A DNA stretch of 64,000 nt, taken from assembly GCF_009914755.1 (NCBI RefSeq), contig NC_060926.1; one strand, 5' to 3'. Below the pieces are notes generated by a model, which worked only from the letters and a program-made list of their open reading frames with translations, had not been told where the DNA came from and did not search any database. The DNA comes from the human T2T-CHM13v2.0 reference genome, Homo sapiens. Shown in pieces: positions 1 through 29,200 of this stretch (positions are counted from its first letter, which is position 1; each line of letters opens with the position of its first letter). The position numbers were made by a program, and so were the translations under genes.

Positions 1-71
1 TTCCAACACCAGCATCATAAAATCCATTCTTGTTCAGTTGGATGGTTTTCCCATTTTGTTTTATGATATGC

Positions 72-3990
<3,919 letters not shown>

Positions 3991-4550
3991 GGAATCTTGA
4001 GTGAATTAGACTTCATGAACTAACACCCCACCCATGCAAGGTTTAGTATTCAGCAACAGCTCCAGACCCAAAGAGATGCCCTTGCAGATTTCTGTAACTC
4101 TTCACATAGCTTCCTGCTCTCTGATACGTAGCCTAGGACCTCTGTTCTTAACTATTACACTATATTGCCTCTTAAGTTAGAGGTTGTGCAGCATATTAAT
4201 CAATGGCTGATCAATTACAATTACTGAGTTTCTAACTATAGGAAAGGTCCCACAAAAGATGCAAAAAAGGAAGACATCCCAGCCTCAACCCCAGTCATCC
4301 CCACATGAGCCCAAAGCAGTGATTAGGAAATACGTGCAAACCTCTGAGGCAAGGGATGGTGACAGTACCGTGAGCAATAGGATTGCACAGTGAGTGACAA
4401 GCCATGATGCTGCTGTCTCCTCTCTGGACCCATCATTCATCCCTCTTCCCACACCTCTCTAGTTCCTCCAGCCTCGTCCATCAATGAGGAGCCAGAAAAT
4501 TGGCTGCCTCTCCCACCCTAGCCTCCCAAACTTCATCTAAGTTTTTGACG

Positions 4551-4810
4551 GGGTCAGGCACGGTGGCTCAAGCCTGTAATCCCAGCACTTTGGGAGGCTG
4601 AGGCAGGCGGATCACTTCAGCCCAGGAGTTCGAGACCAGCGTAGGCAACATGGCAAAACCCTGCCTCTACAAAAAATACAAAAATTAGCCAGTCTTGGTG
4701 GCATGCACCTGTAGTCCCAGCTACTCGGGAGGCTGAGCATGGGAGTTCAAGGCTACGGTACTGCACTCTAGACTGGGTGACAGAGTGAGACTCTGTCTCA
4801 AAAAAAAAAT
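4551..4810 (+). mobile_element. Alu (internally deleted right arm)
   Basis: Alu left arm, A-rich linker, shortened right arm, A tail. Confidence 0.85.
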
Positions 4811-4860
4811 AGTTTTTGACTCAACATGGGGATAAATTATAACCCAGGTCAATTCTGGGC

Positions 4861-5411
4861 CTGTAAACCTCTCTAGAAGGAAAAACTCTCTTTCTCTACT
4901 CTCAACAGTTCTAACACCAAATGTGTGAATTTTCCACACCAGCAAAATTATCCAATTCTCTGTGGACAACAACTGGGTTTCCTACAATTAACTCAATTCT
5001 GACATGAACTACCTGGAGCCAGCACAGGCCCCACAGGTGAAGAGCTCAGTCCCACAAGACTGCCCCCACTTCAGGTGCCAGTTGCAGGTAGTGGGTTCCC
5101 AGATTACCCACTCTCCTCTCCAATTTAGCTACAAACAGGAGGTCCCTATGACCCTCAGGTTTGGTAACTTGTAGCTCATAGAACTCAAAGAAACACTTTG
5201 CTCTTTCTGGTTTATTATTAAGGATACACCCAAGAACAGCCTAATGGACAAGGGATGGAGGGAGTGCCCAGAGCTTTTCTGCCCTTTCCAGACATGCCAC
5301 CCTCCCCGAATCTCAACGTGTTCACCAACCCGGAAGCTCCCTGAAACCCACAATTTAGGATTTACATGGAGGTTCCATTATGTAGGCATGAGTGATTAAA
5401 TCATTGGCCAT
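4861..5411. mobile_element. Solo LTR, MER21-like
   Basis: 'caattctgacatgaactacctggag...gctcagtcccacaagactgcccccacttcag' matches my recollection of MER21 LTRs; subfamily not verified. Confidence 0.6.
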
Positions 5412-7760
<2,349 letters not shown>

Positions 7761-8023
7761 GGTGGGGGTGGAATAGAATAAACAACTCTGAGAAGGGACA
7801 TGATCTGGTGACAATCTCAAGTGAATCAGTGGTTGAACCAGGACCAGATCCCAGTGCCCCATCTTCTGGGGACGTCCTGGGTCTGAATCTTCAATGCATG
7901 TCCCTTCTGCAGTGCCTTCCTCTGTGGCCCTCAAAGGGAAACTGAAGCCTTTGAGGACATGAAGACTCGCATTAGGCCAACGAGGGGTCTTGGAACTCCA
8001 GATCAAAGAGAATAAGAAAGACC

Positions 8024-8075
8024 TGACTCTGTGTGTGTGTACGTGTGTGTGTACGTGTGTGTGTGTGTGTGTGTG
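8024..8075 (+). promoter_or_regulatory. SLC11A1: SLC11A1 promoter Z-DNA-forming microsatellite t(gt)5ac(gt)5ac(gt)10g with two TACGTG (HRE) cores and adjacent AP-1-like TGACTCT
   Basis: Counted directly: (gt)5 8031-8040, ac, (gt)5 8043-8052, ac, (gt)10 8055-8074; TGACTCT at 8024-8030. This is the known functional NRAMP1 promoter polymorphism. Confidence 0.95.
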
Positions 8076-8099
8076 GCAGAGGGGGGTGTGGTCATGGGG

Positions 8100-8498
8100 T
8101 ATTGACATGAATACGCAAGGGGCAGGAAGCATCTGAAATCAGAGCTAACTTGGGAGGCACAGAACACGGGGTGCCTGGAAGGGGAACAGATGTGTTGTGG
8201 GGCACAGGGCAGGCTGGGAGGGGAACAAAGGTCCACTCCATGGGTAACCAGACCCTTCCGCCAGGGCTGGCCACTTCTGCCTTTGGAAAATGTTTCACAA
8301 CGCCCCATGTTGTGTGTGTGTGTGAATCGGCCGATGTGAACCGAATGTTGATGTAAGAGGCAGGGCACTCGGCTGCGGATGGGTAACAGGGCGTGGGCTG
8401 GCACACTTACTTGCACCAGTGCCCAGAGAGGGGGTGCAGGCTGAGGAGCTGCCCAGAGCACCGCTCACACTCCCAGAGTACCTGAAGTCGGCATTTCA
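8100..8498 (+). promoter_or_regulatory. SLC11A1: SLC11A1 TATA-less proximal promoter/5'UTR with C/EBP-like (TTTCACAA 8293-8300), GGAA/PU.1-like and GC-box-like motifs, and (TG)7 at 8311-8324
   Basis: Motifs seen immediately upstream of the ATG; fits a myeloid-specific gene. The exact TSS cannot be read from sequence. Confidence 0.6.
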
Positions 8499-21163
<12,665 letters not shown>

Positions 21164-21577
21164 GCCCACACCAGGGCCTGGCTGGGAGTGGCATGTATGA
21201 CGTGACTGGCCTGCTGGATGTGGAGGGGGCGCGTGCAGGCAGCAGGATAGAGTGGGACAGTTCCTGAGACCAGCCAACCTGGGGGCTTTAGGGACCTGCT
21301 GTTTCCTAGCGCAGCCATGTGATTACCCTCTGGGTCTCAGTGTCCTCATCTGTAAAATGGAGACACCACCACCCTTGCCATGGAGGTTAAGCACTTTAAC
21401 ACAGTGTCTGGCACTTGGGACAAAAACAAACAAACGAAAAACATTTCAAAAGGTATTTATTGAGCACCTGCAGGCGTGACCTGACAGCCCAAGGGTGGGT
21501 GGGGTGAGGGCTTGAGGACTTGGGCGGGACACAGGCTCCAAACTGGAGCTTGAAATAGTGTCTGATGAATGTTAAAT

Positions 21578-21882
21578 TATCTATCTATCTATTTATTTAT
21601 TTATTTGAGACAGGGAAAGGGTCTCCCTCTGTTGCCAAGGCTGGAGTGCAGTGGCGCAATCTTAACTCATTGCAACCTCCACCTTCTGGGTTCAAGCGAT
21701 TCTCTTTATTCAGCCCCGGGAGTGGCGCGCGCCACCACGCCCAGCTAATTTGTGTATTTTCAGCAGAGACGGGGTTTGCCATGCTGGCCAGGCTGGTCTC
21801 GAACTGCTGGATTCAAGTGATCCGCCCATCTCCGTCTCCCAAAGTGCTGGGAATTACAGGCGTGAGCCACCAAACCCGGCCT
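21578..21882 (-). mobile_element. Antisense Alu in SLC11A1 3'UTR whose tail forms an AU-rich element
   Basis: (TATC)n then ATTTATTTATTTATTT at 21591-21606, followed by reverse-complement Alu body. Confidence 0.88.
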
Positions 21883-21883
21883 G

Positions 21884-21899
21884 ATTAAAGTTAAATAAA
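21884..21899 (+). terminator. SLC11A1: Candidate proximal poly(A) signals for SLC11A1 (ATTAAA 21884-21889, AATAAA 21894-21899)
   Basis: Hexamers seen directly; usage not verifiable from sequence. Confidence 0.45.
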
Positions 21900-22039
21900 T
21901 ACTAGTTCCCTTCTCGTCCAAAGGAGCAGGGAATGGGAACCGGGAAGGCACGAAGTCTCTAAAGCATCCAGAAGACCCCTACACCAGGGTCTGGTCCGCT
22001 CCTATTCGCCGCAGCCTTTCTGTTCCGCCTGCAACCCAT

Positions 22040-22660
22040 TTTCCAGACAGTAAAACGGCGGCGCACTTCTTTCTCCGTCAGGCACCAGGTCATAAGGAAC
22101 CCAAGAGTCTGTGCCTCTGAGGCCCAAATTATTTGCTGTTTCCTCAGGGGAGCCGGCGGCCGCGACTCCCACGCCGCGCCGTTACCGCTCCCTCTCTGCT
22201 GACTGCTCCCCCTAGGGGCAGAGACGGTCCCGACGCCCGCCATCCCGCCCCGGCCTCACCCCTCCCCGCCAGGCGGAACGACGCGGGGAGGCGGGCGCTC
22301 GGGGCTCGCGCCCAGGGGCCCCAGAATCCTTCGGGGAGAGTGGGTGGGAGGAAGCTGTGTGGGCGGGGAGCCCCCTCTGCCTTAGGGAGCGGCTGGGCAC
22401 CCATTCGCCCCATTCAGGGGCTGCACTTTATAGACGTTCCCTAGGCTGTTTCTAGGCTCCCCCAAGTCCCTCCTCCAGCCTCGTCGGGTCCCTCAGACCC
22501 CAGCCCAGGACCTGCGGAGGGCCGCAGCGAGGAGAGGCCAACAGGCCTTTCCCTAGAGTTGAACCTGGGCCGGGTGTTGCACCTGGAAGAACCCCCGATT
22601 TCCTGGGGACCCAGCAGGGCAGGCGGCCTGGCTCCGCGCTCAGGTCCGGACGCTTGTTTA
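22040..22660. promoter_or_regulatory. CpG island in the distal SLC11A1 3' region
   Basis: Dense CpG and GC boxes (e.g. gccggcggccgcgactcccacgccgcgccg). Confidence 0.7.
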
Positions 22661-22999
22661 TGAGAAGAATTTCCTCTTTCTTAAAAGGGCAACGATGCGA
22701 GTGGGTCCCTCAAGGAGAGAAGAGATGGGACCGGTCTGGTGCGACCTGGGCAAGCGCTGCAGAGGGTACCTGGGCAAGAGGGCCGCCCGCCTCCTCTGGG
22801 TTTGGCACTGGAGAAGATGGGTCCATGCCAGCTGAAGGAGGAGATGGATGGGGGACGTTTAGCGAAGAAAGGCATCTCCCAGATCCTTTAGCCTCCTGGA
22901 AGTGCCCCCGTTGTACCCCCTACACACCCCTCTTGGCATTGAGTGCCAGTCCTCTGCCAGGCTCTGTGTTACAAGTTGGGGAGGGCGGCAAAGTCCCGA

Positions 23000-23005
23000 A
23001 TTAAA
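23000..23005 (+). terminator. SLC11A1: Candidate distal poly(A) signal ATTAAA for the long SLC11A1 3'UTR
   Basis: ATTAAA is the last clear hexamer I found before the CTDSP1 promoter; consistent with a long 3'UTR isoform as I recall it. Confidence 0.55.
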
Positions 23006-24541
23006 GATGTCAGTTCTCAAGGACCCCACACTCCAGCGGCGGGAGACAGCTGTGCAAACAAGTCCCTGTGGCAGGATGCGGTGAAGGGCGCTGCCCGTGA
23101 CGCCAGCCAGGGAAGGGGACTGAATCTTGCTGAAGGGGGGGTCGGCGGTAGGGGGGAGTGTTGACAGGACAGCCCAGGAGGAATGAGAGTGCCAGGAGCA
23201 TGGGGGCACGTGTGTGCACATCTGCCAAGACCTGAAGCTTTCTGGGGACGTCTTAGATCTTGTGGGGCAGGACGGGGGACGGCAGAGTAATGGGCAGGTT
23301 GGTCAAGAAGACACGGAGACCCGGCTAAAGGGCTACCCAGGACCTGGGCAAAGGGCTAGTGATGAGGTCGCGCCAAGGTCAGTCATTTGGACACTGGAAG
23401 GCGTCTACTTAGAGCTGCCCCCATTCCCCCCATAGTAGCTCTGGTTCTTCCAGCCTGGCCTCAAATCGACCCTCCAGGAAGAGGGGTGCAGAGTTGCTCT
23501 TCTGGAAGCTCCCTTTAGGCCTCCCAGGGAGGGCGTGGTCGCACTTGGCACTCCCCAAGAGCCTGCTGAATGCACCCCGACTTTGTGCACGGCTCCCCGC
23601 CTCCCCCTGGGTTGGGCTTTTACCAGCCCTGTTTGGCAGATGGGGAAACTGAGGGACTGTGTTGGAAGAGACGCTTCCAAATCCACAGGTGCCAGACAGC
23701 ACCTTGCTGAATCCCGTTCCTGCCCCTCCCCGTTTCTGACTTGTGGCCCCCATGATTTTATTTTTCCTGGGGTGCGAATGATAAAACAGACAAAAAATAG
23801 AGTGCATAAAGCGACCTCCACCTGTAGAGACAGAGGGCAGCTGGGTGTAGACAACCCCTACAGTGAGGACACTCGAAGGACCCCCCTCCCCCCACGCAAT
23901 CCTGGCCTCTCGCTCACTCCGTAACTAACTACCCGCCCCAGGCGTGGGGAGATAAGTCCAGGGCTCCAGGCAGAAGGCGCGGCTACCTCTGCCGCTTTGG
24001 GAGCCTGGGAGGAGGAGTTAGGTCTCCCTGGGAAAAGAACTGCACGGGCAACGGCTTGAAGTGGCGATAAGATGGGGTGGAGGAGGTGGGGGATTCCTGA
24101 GGAATCCTGTGAGCTCAGGATGGCGCGTCTGGGAATGGTGGGTGTGGGGACAGCCGGCCAGGTACCAGCCCCCTTCACAGAGGGAGAGGAAAGCGCGCCA
24201 CCCAACCCAGGCCAAGGGCGAGGCCACGACTCCACTCAGTCCCTCGCCACACGCTTCCTTTTGGGGTCATGAGGGCCCCGCATCCGGAGATAAAGCCGAG
24301 GCCCCACCCAGGGGGCCGGACCGCAGGGGAGACAGATGTCCCGCTCCCAGGCTGGAATCCCGCCTTTGCCCTTGCCGGTAGACCCGAAGCACGTCGCTTC
24401 CTTTCTTGAAACTCAGTTTCCTCATCTGTGAAATGGGTTAAGAAGGAGGCCGTTCTAAGGGGTAAATGAGATTAGGGGGCGCAGCCAGAGCAGGCCTAGG
24501 AAAACGCCAGCAGCGTGTGGCGATCACGGTGATGAAGCGCA

Positions 24542-24608
24542 ATGGTGGCCGCCCCGTGGGCTACCCAGGAGCAGGAGGAGGGCCGAGGGATCCAGCCCGG
24601 GGACCGGG
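24542..24608 (+). CDS. CTDSP1: CTDSP1 alternative first coding exon (MVAAPWATQEQEEGRGIQPGDR-G)
   Basis: ATG in good context (gcaATGG), 67 nt to G|gtatca donor, phase 1 as required by exon 2; I recall this N-terminus as an annotated isoform. Confidence 0.7.
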
Positions 24609-26219
24609 GTATCAGTCCCCGACAGTCCCCTCCCGCCCCTACTCCCAGCCTCAGCGCACGAAGCCGCCGCGCCTTCTGGCAGGCGCCGCTCCCCTCCCTT
24701 CCCCTCCCGGCCCCCGCGCGGGGCCTCCCCTCCCCGGCTCCCCCTCGGCAGGGCCTGGCGGACGTGCGCCGCGTCGCACCCGGCGGCCGGACGGGACAGG
24801 ACGCGCCCGCCCCGCCCCGCCACGGAGGCCCGCGGGAGAGGGGGAGGGGAGGAAGTGCCGAGGGGTGTTTGTCGGGCTTGGCATTATTAATTTTTAAATG
24901 GTGAACTTACAAAATAGTAACGACGAGTGAAAAGAACTTCATAAACGAGGAAAAAGACCAACCCGCAGACCCACGGCGCGCACCACGGAGGGGCTTGCAG
25001 CGAGAAGACAGGGACCTCCGTTCCCAAGTGCCCAGCACTGCGCCACAGGCCGGGTGGAACGGGCCTTGAGGGCCTCTGGTTTGAGGTCCCCCACGGTCGG
25101 GCTTTGGGCCCACCGCGTGCGGCGCCGTGCTGGGCTCCTAGGATCGGCAGCGAGTCCAGTGACTCCCACCGCACCCCCAGTAATCACAGGGCGGCCGGCG
25201 ACCGCGGGCAGGGGAGGGGGTCTGGGAAGGCCCCTGGAGAAGGTGGCATTTCCTCGAGGTCGGTGGAATTTGGCTACGCGAAAGGAACAGCGCGTACGAA
25301 AACTTCAGGCGGGAACGCGCGGTGGCCCGTGCGCGGCGGGTAGACGTGCGGGGCCCCGGGTGGGGCCGTGGGGAGAGGTCGGCAGGGGGCTTTCCCAGGG
25401 CAGAGAGTTAGAATTTCACGTCCTACAGACCGGGGGCACCTCGCCCTGGGGCTGCGGGGGGCGGCGACCGTCCCATTCAAGAGCGTGATTCTGAGGTTTG
25501 CACAGCTGTTTCAGGCCAGCAGAGCCTTCGCTGGCTCTTGACGTCCTTGCGAGGTGATCTCTGCGACCACCAGACAGGAGAGAAGACCCATTTTACAGAT
25601 GAGGTAGTGCTATCTCCAAGTCCTCAACGAGGAAACCGAGAAGCCTCTAGTCCCGGGTCTTCAGAAAACGCAGAGGTGGAGCCGCGCCGCACTCGGGCAC
25701 TCCCCGGCGTGGGCGCTCCCGGCGGGCGGGCCTTGGCCGAGGGCGCTCGGCGGCCTGGAACGGTGAGCCGGGTGCCGGGCCTGCCACGCAGCCGCAGAGA
25801 CTCAGCCCCGCCGGCGGGCGGCAGGAAGGGAGGCGACGCCCCCTGGAGCGCGGCAGGAACCCGGCCCGGCCCGCCTCCCAGTCCGCCTAGCCGCGCCGGT
25901 CCCAGAAGTGGCGAAAGCCGCAGCCGAGTCCAGGTCACGCCGAAGCCGTTGCCCTTTTAAGGGGGAGCCTTGAAACGGCGCCTGGGTTCCATGTTTGCAT
26001 CCGCCTCGCGGGAAGGAAACTCCATGTTGTAACAAAGTTTCCTCCGCGCCCCCTCCCTCCCCCTCCCCCCTAGAACCTGGCTCCCCTCCCCTCCGGAGCT
26101 CGCGGGGATCCCTCCCTCCCACCCCTCCCCTCCCCCCCGCGCCCCGATTCCGGCCCCAGCCGGGGGGGAGGCCGGGCGCCCGGGCCAGAGTCCGGCCGGA
26201 GCGGAGCGCGCCCGGCCCC

Positions 26220-26286
26220 ATGGACAGCTCGGCCGTCATTACTCAGATCAGCAAGGAGGAGGCTCGGGGCCCGCTGCGGGGCAAAG
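26220..26286 (+). CDS. CTDSP1: CTDSP1 exon 1 coding part
   Basis: cccATGG; [23 protein letters not shown]|gtaccg. Confidence 0.96.
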
Positions 26287-29200
26287 GTACCGGGGCTGCG
26301 GGGAGGGGGCCGAAGCCGGGGCGCCGTGGGAGGAGAGAAGGGGCCGGGATCTTCCCCAGGGGAGCCGCCGCCGCCGCCCCGGGCGGCCGCCTTAGCTGTG
26401 CCCGAAGCTCCCAGCCCGAGAGGGAGCAGGGAGAGAGTTTGAACTCAGAGGAGGCTCAGAGACGCGGGGCGGGGCCTGGCGCCTTTGGGGCGCTCCTGTC
26501 CGCTCGAGGTGAGGAAACTGAGGCAGGAATAGAGAGGGAACTCCTTCGGGGGTTTCCTGGCAGGCATTGCGTGGTGCATGGGCGCCCCCCCACCATTGGC
26601 GCCAATGGGGCTGGGAGATGGGGGAGCTGAGGAGGGCGCCTATGGGCCACCCGCTGAGACTCCGCCCCACCCCCCACCCCCACCCCCCCGGGCTGCGGTC
26701 CGGTAGGGTCTTGGGAGGGGGCGCCGAGGTGACAGCAGGCTGGGGAGGCTTGGAGGGATCTCCCGCCAACACACAGCTACGTTCCCCACAAACTTCGCGT
26801 CACGCGTGGAGGCGCCGACCCCCTCGGAGGCACAGAGAGGACGGCCGGCACTTCCAAGAGTCGCTTGGCGCCCGCGGGGAGAGTCGTGCGCCTAGTGGGC
26901 ACGCACCACCCCGCAAAGCCTCGCCGCCCCGACGAGGCTGCGTCCCCCAGCGTGGCTGGGCCGGGGTGGGGGGGTCTGTCTTCTCCTTTTCCCCGTGTGG
27001 ACCTCAGGATCTGGACGCTGCCCCCAGGTCTGCCCACCCTCGCCTGGGTCTGGCTGCCCCGGAACTGAGGGCAAGGTGGAAAGGCTAGTTGCAGGGGGCC
27101 GGAGGGGGGTGGGGTGGGAGGGGTATCTGTCAATCAGGCTGCTGGGCTCCAGGTCGGAGGTCTGGGCGGGGCAGGGCAAACAGATGGCCACTGGACACTG
27201 GCCCCAGGCCGCGGGACTGCACCCCTGCCTCTGGGCCCAGCCGCAGTGAGGACTTCGTACCCACGGGGGTGGAGAGGATGGAGGGAGGGCAGGGGTGGAC
27301 TGCCCTGGGTCCCAGGCCCTGGCTGTCCTGAGCAGGGGTGCTCAGGTAAGGTGGGGTCAGGAGGCACCGCAATGGGGCTGATCAGCAGCAGTCATGGAGG
27401 CTGTGAGAGGCAGGGAGAGAGCACCCCAGGACCTCCTTCTCCAGGCCACGCACTCCCTATGTGGGCGCCTTAATACCTGCTAGACCTATTTGTCTGGGAG
27501 CTGCAGGAGCCTTGGAGTTGATTGTGGAGCCCTGACAGGGGCGTTTCAGAGAAAGTCAGGAGCTGCCTTCGTGTGTCTGGATGAAGGGGCCACGGCAAGA
27601 TCCTCCTGGCCCAGGGGTTCACACCTGGGCACACATGCAGGATTCTGCAGGCCAGTGTGCACCGAGCCTCCAACTTGTGCCTCCCTACTTCAGGTGACCA
27701 GAAGTCAGCAGCTTCCCAGAAGCCCCGAAGCCGGGGCATCCTCCACTCACTCTTCTGCTGTGTCTGCCGGGATGATGGGGAGGCCCTGCCTGCTCACAGC
27801 GGGGCGCCCCTGCTTGTGGAGGAGAATGGCGCCATCCCTAAGGTGCGTGGGGGCCAGGTGGGGCCACGGGGGCACCTGGACTCAGTCTTCAGGGCTTTAG
27901 GGGAAGGGGCTCCTGACTGAGCTTTTCAGGATGGACTTGCAGACCTGAAAGGTGCAGAGTAGGAGGGTGGCAGCCTCCCCTGCCAGGCCCTGCCCACTGT
28001 GGGGAAACTGAATTCTCCCTCATAAGTGGAAGCTTTTTTCTACCTTGGTTTTTAGAGAGGTCTCAAAGAGCCAAGAGGCCTACCCAAGCCCTAGAGCTGG
28101 CAGGGGCAAAGCTGGGAAGGGGGAAGTATCTGTTCCTGGGGCCTGGGGTTCCTCTGGAGACGGCTAGGGGGAGAAGCCTGCGTGGGAGGAAGGACCAGGC
28201 CCGGAGAGAGGCACCCCAGCCAGCCCCGCCCTCCCTACAGCAGACCCCAGTCCAATACCTGCTCCCTGAGGCCAAGGCCCAGGACTCAGACAAGATCTGC
28301 GTGGTCATCGACCTGGACGAGACCCTGGTGCACAGCTCCTTCAAGGTGGGCCCTGCTCAACAGCCCTCAGCCCGGGTCTCGGGGGGCATCCCCCACCCTG
28401 GCCTGGGAGGGAGGTGTGTGCTGGACCCCATGCCCTGGGGCTCCTCCTCCAACTCCAGCAGCTCTTTTCCCCCCACAGCCAGTGAACAACGCGGACTTCA
28501 TCATCCCTGTGGAGATTGATGGGGTGGTCCACCAGGTGAGGGCCAGGAAGAGGCAGTGGTGGGCTTGGCATCTGCCTCCAGACCCTAGGCTCTTCCCACC
28601 AATCCGGAGCGCCTCGGATGGGAATTGGATACATGTGGAATGTCAGAGGCCCAGAGAGGGTGTGAGACTTGTCCCAAAGTCACACAGAACCTCAAGGGCT
28701 TGTGCTGACTCCAAGCCTGCAGAGTGGGCTCCTCCTCTAGGCTCCCCCGTGCTGTGCTCCCTCGCCCCACCCTGCCCGGGACCCAGTTCAAGTAATTCAG
28801 GATAGGTTGTGTGCTGTCCAGCCTGTTCTCCATTACTTGGCTCGGGGACCGGTGCCCTGCAGCCTTGGGGTGAGGGGGCTGCCCCTGGATTCCTGCACTA
28901 GGCTGAGGTTGAGGCAGGGGAAGGGATTGGGAATTAGGGACCTCGTGAGGTAGGACTGGCCAGTGGAGTGGAAGTTTTGATCGTTTTCTGGCGGGGGGTG
29001 GGTACAGTTTCCCCAGCAGTGGTCAGGGTAGCTGGCCAAGCGGAGCCTGCGGGCCCAGTCTCCTTCCTGTGCGCCTCTGCCTCCCTGGCCCATGCCCTGC
29101 CAGCCCTCGGCCACCCCCACACTGCCCCACTGGCCCGCAGCCCCCTCACTGGCCCGCCCCCCAGGTCTACGTGTTGAAGCGTCCTCATGTGGATGAGTTC

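Larger units (their letters stand above)
24250..27250. promoter_or_regulatory. CTDSP1: Large CpG island / CTDSP1 promoter region with Sp/KLF boxes and G-quadruplex-prone tracts
   Basis: Very high CpG density around both first exons; C-run arrays at 26040-26140 and 26662-26690. Confidence 0.9.

Noticed and set aside
21395-21415. CAGTGT hexaloop as a possible iron-responsive element in the SLC11A1 3'UTR (its paralogue DMT1 has one)
   Set aside because: Flanks (taaca / ctggc) do not form the 5-bp upper stem; the sequence looks MIR-derived.
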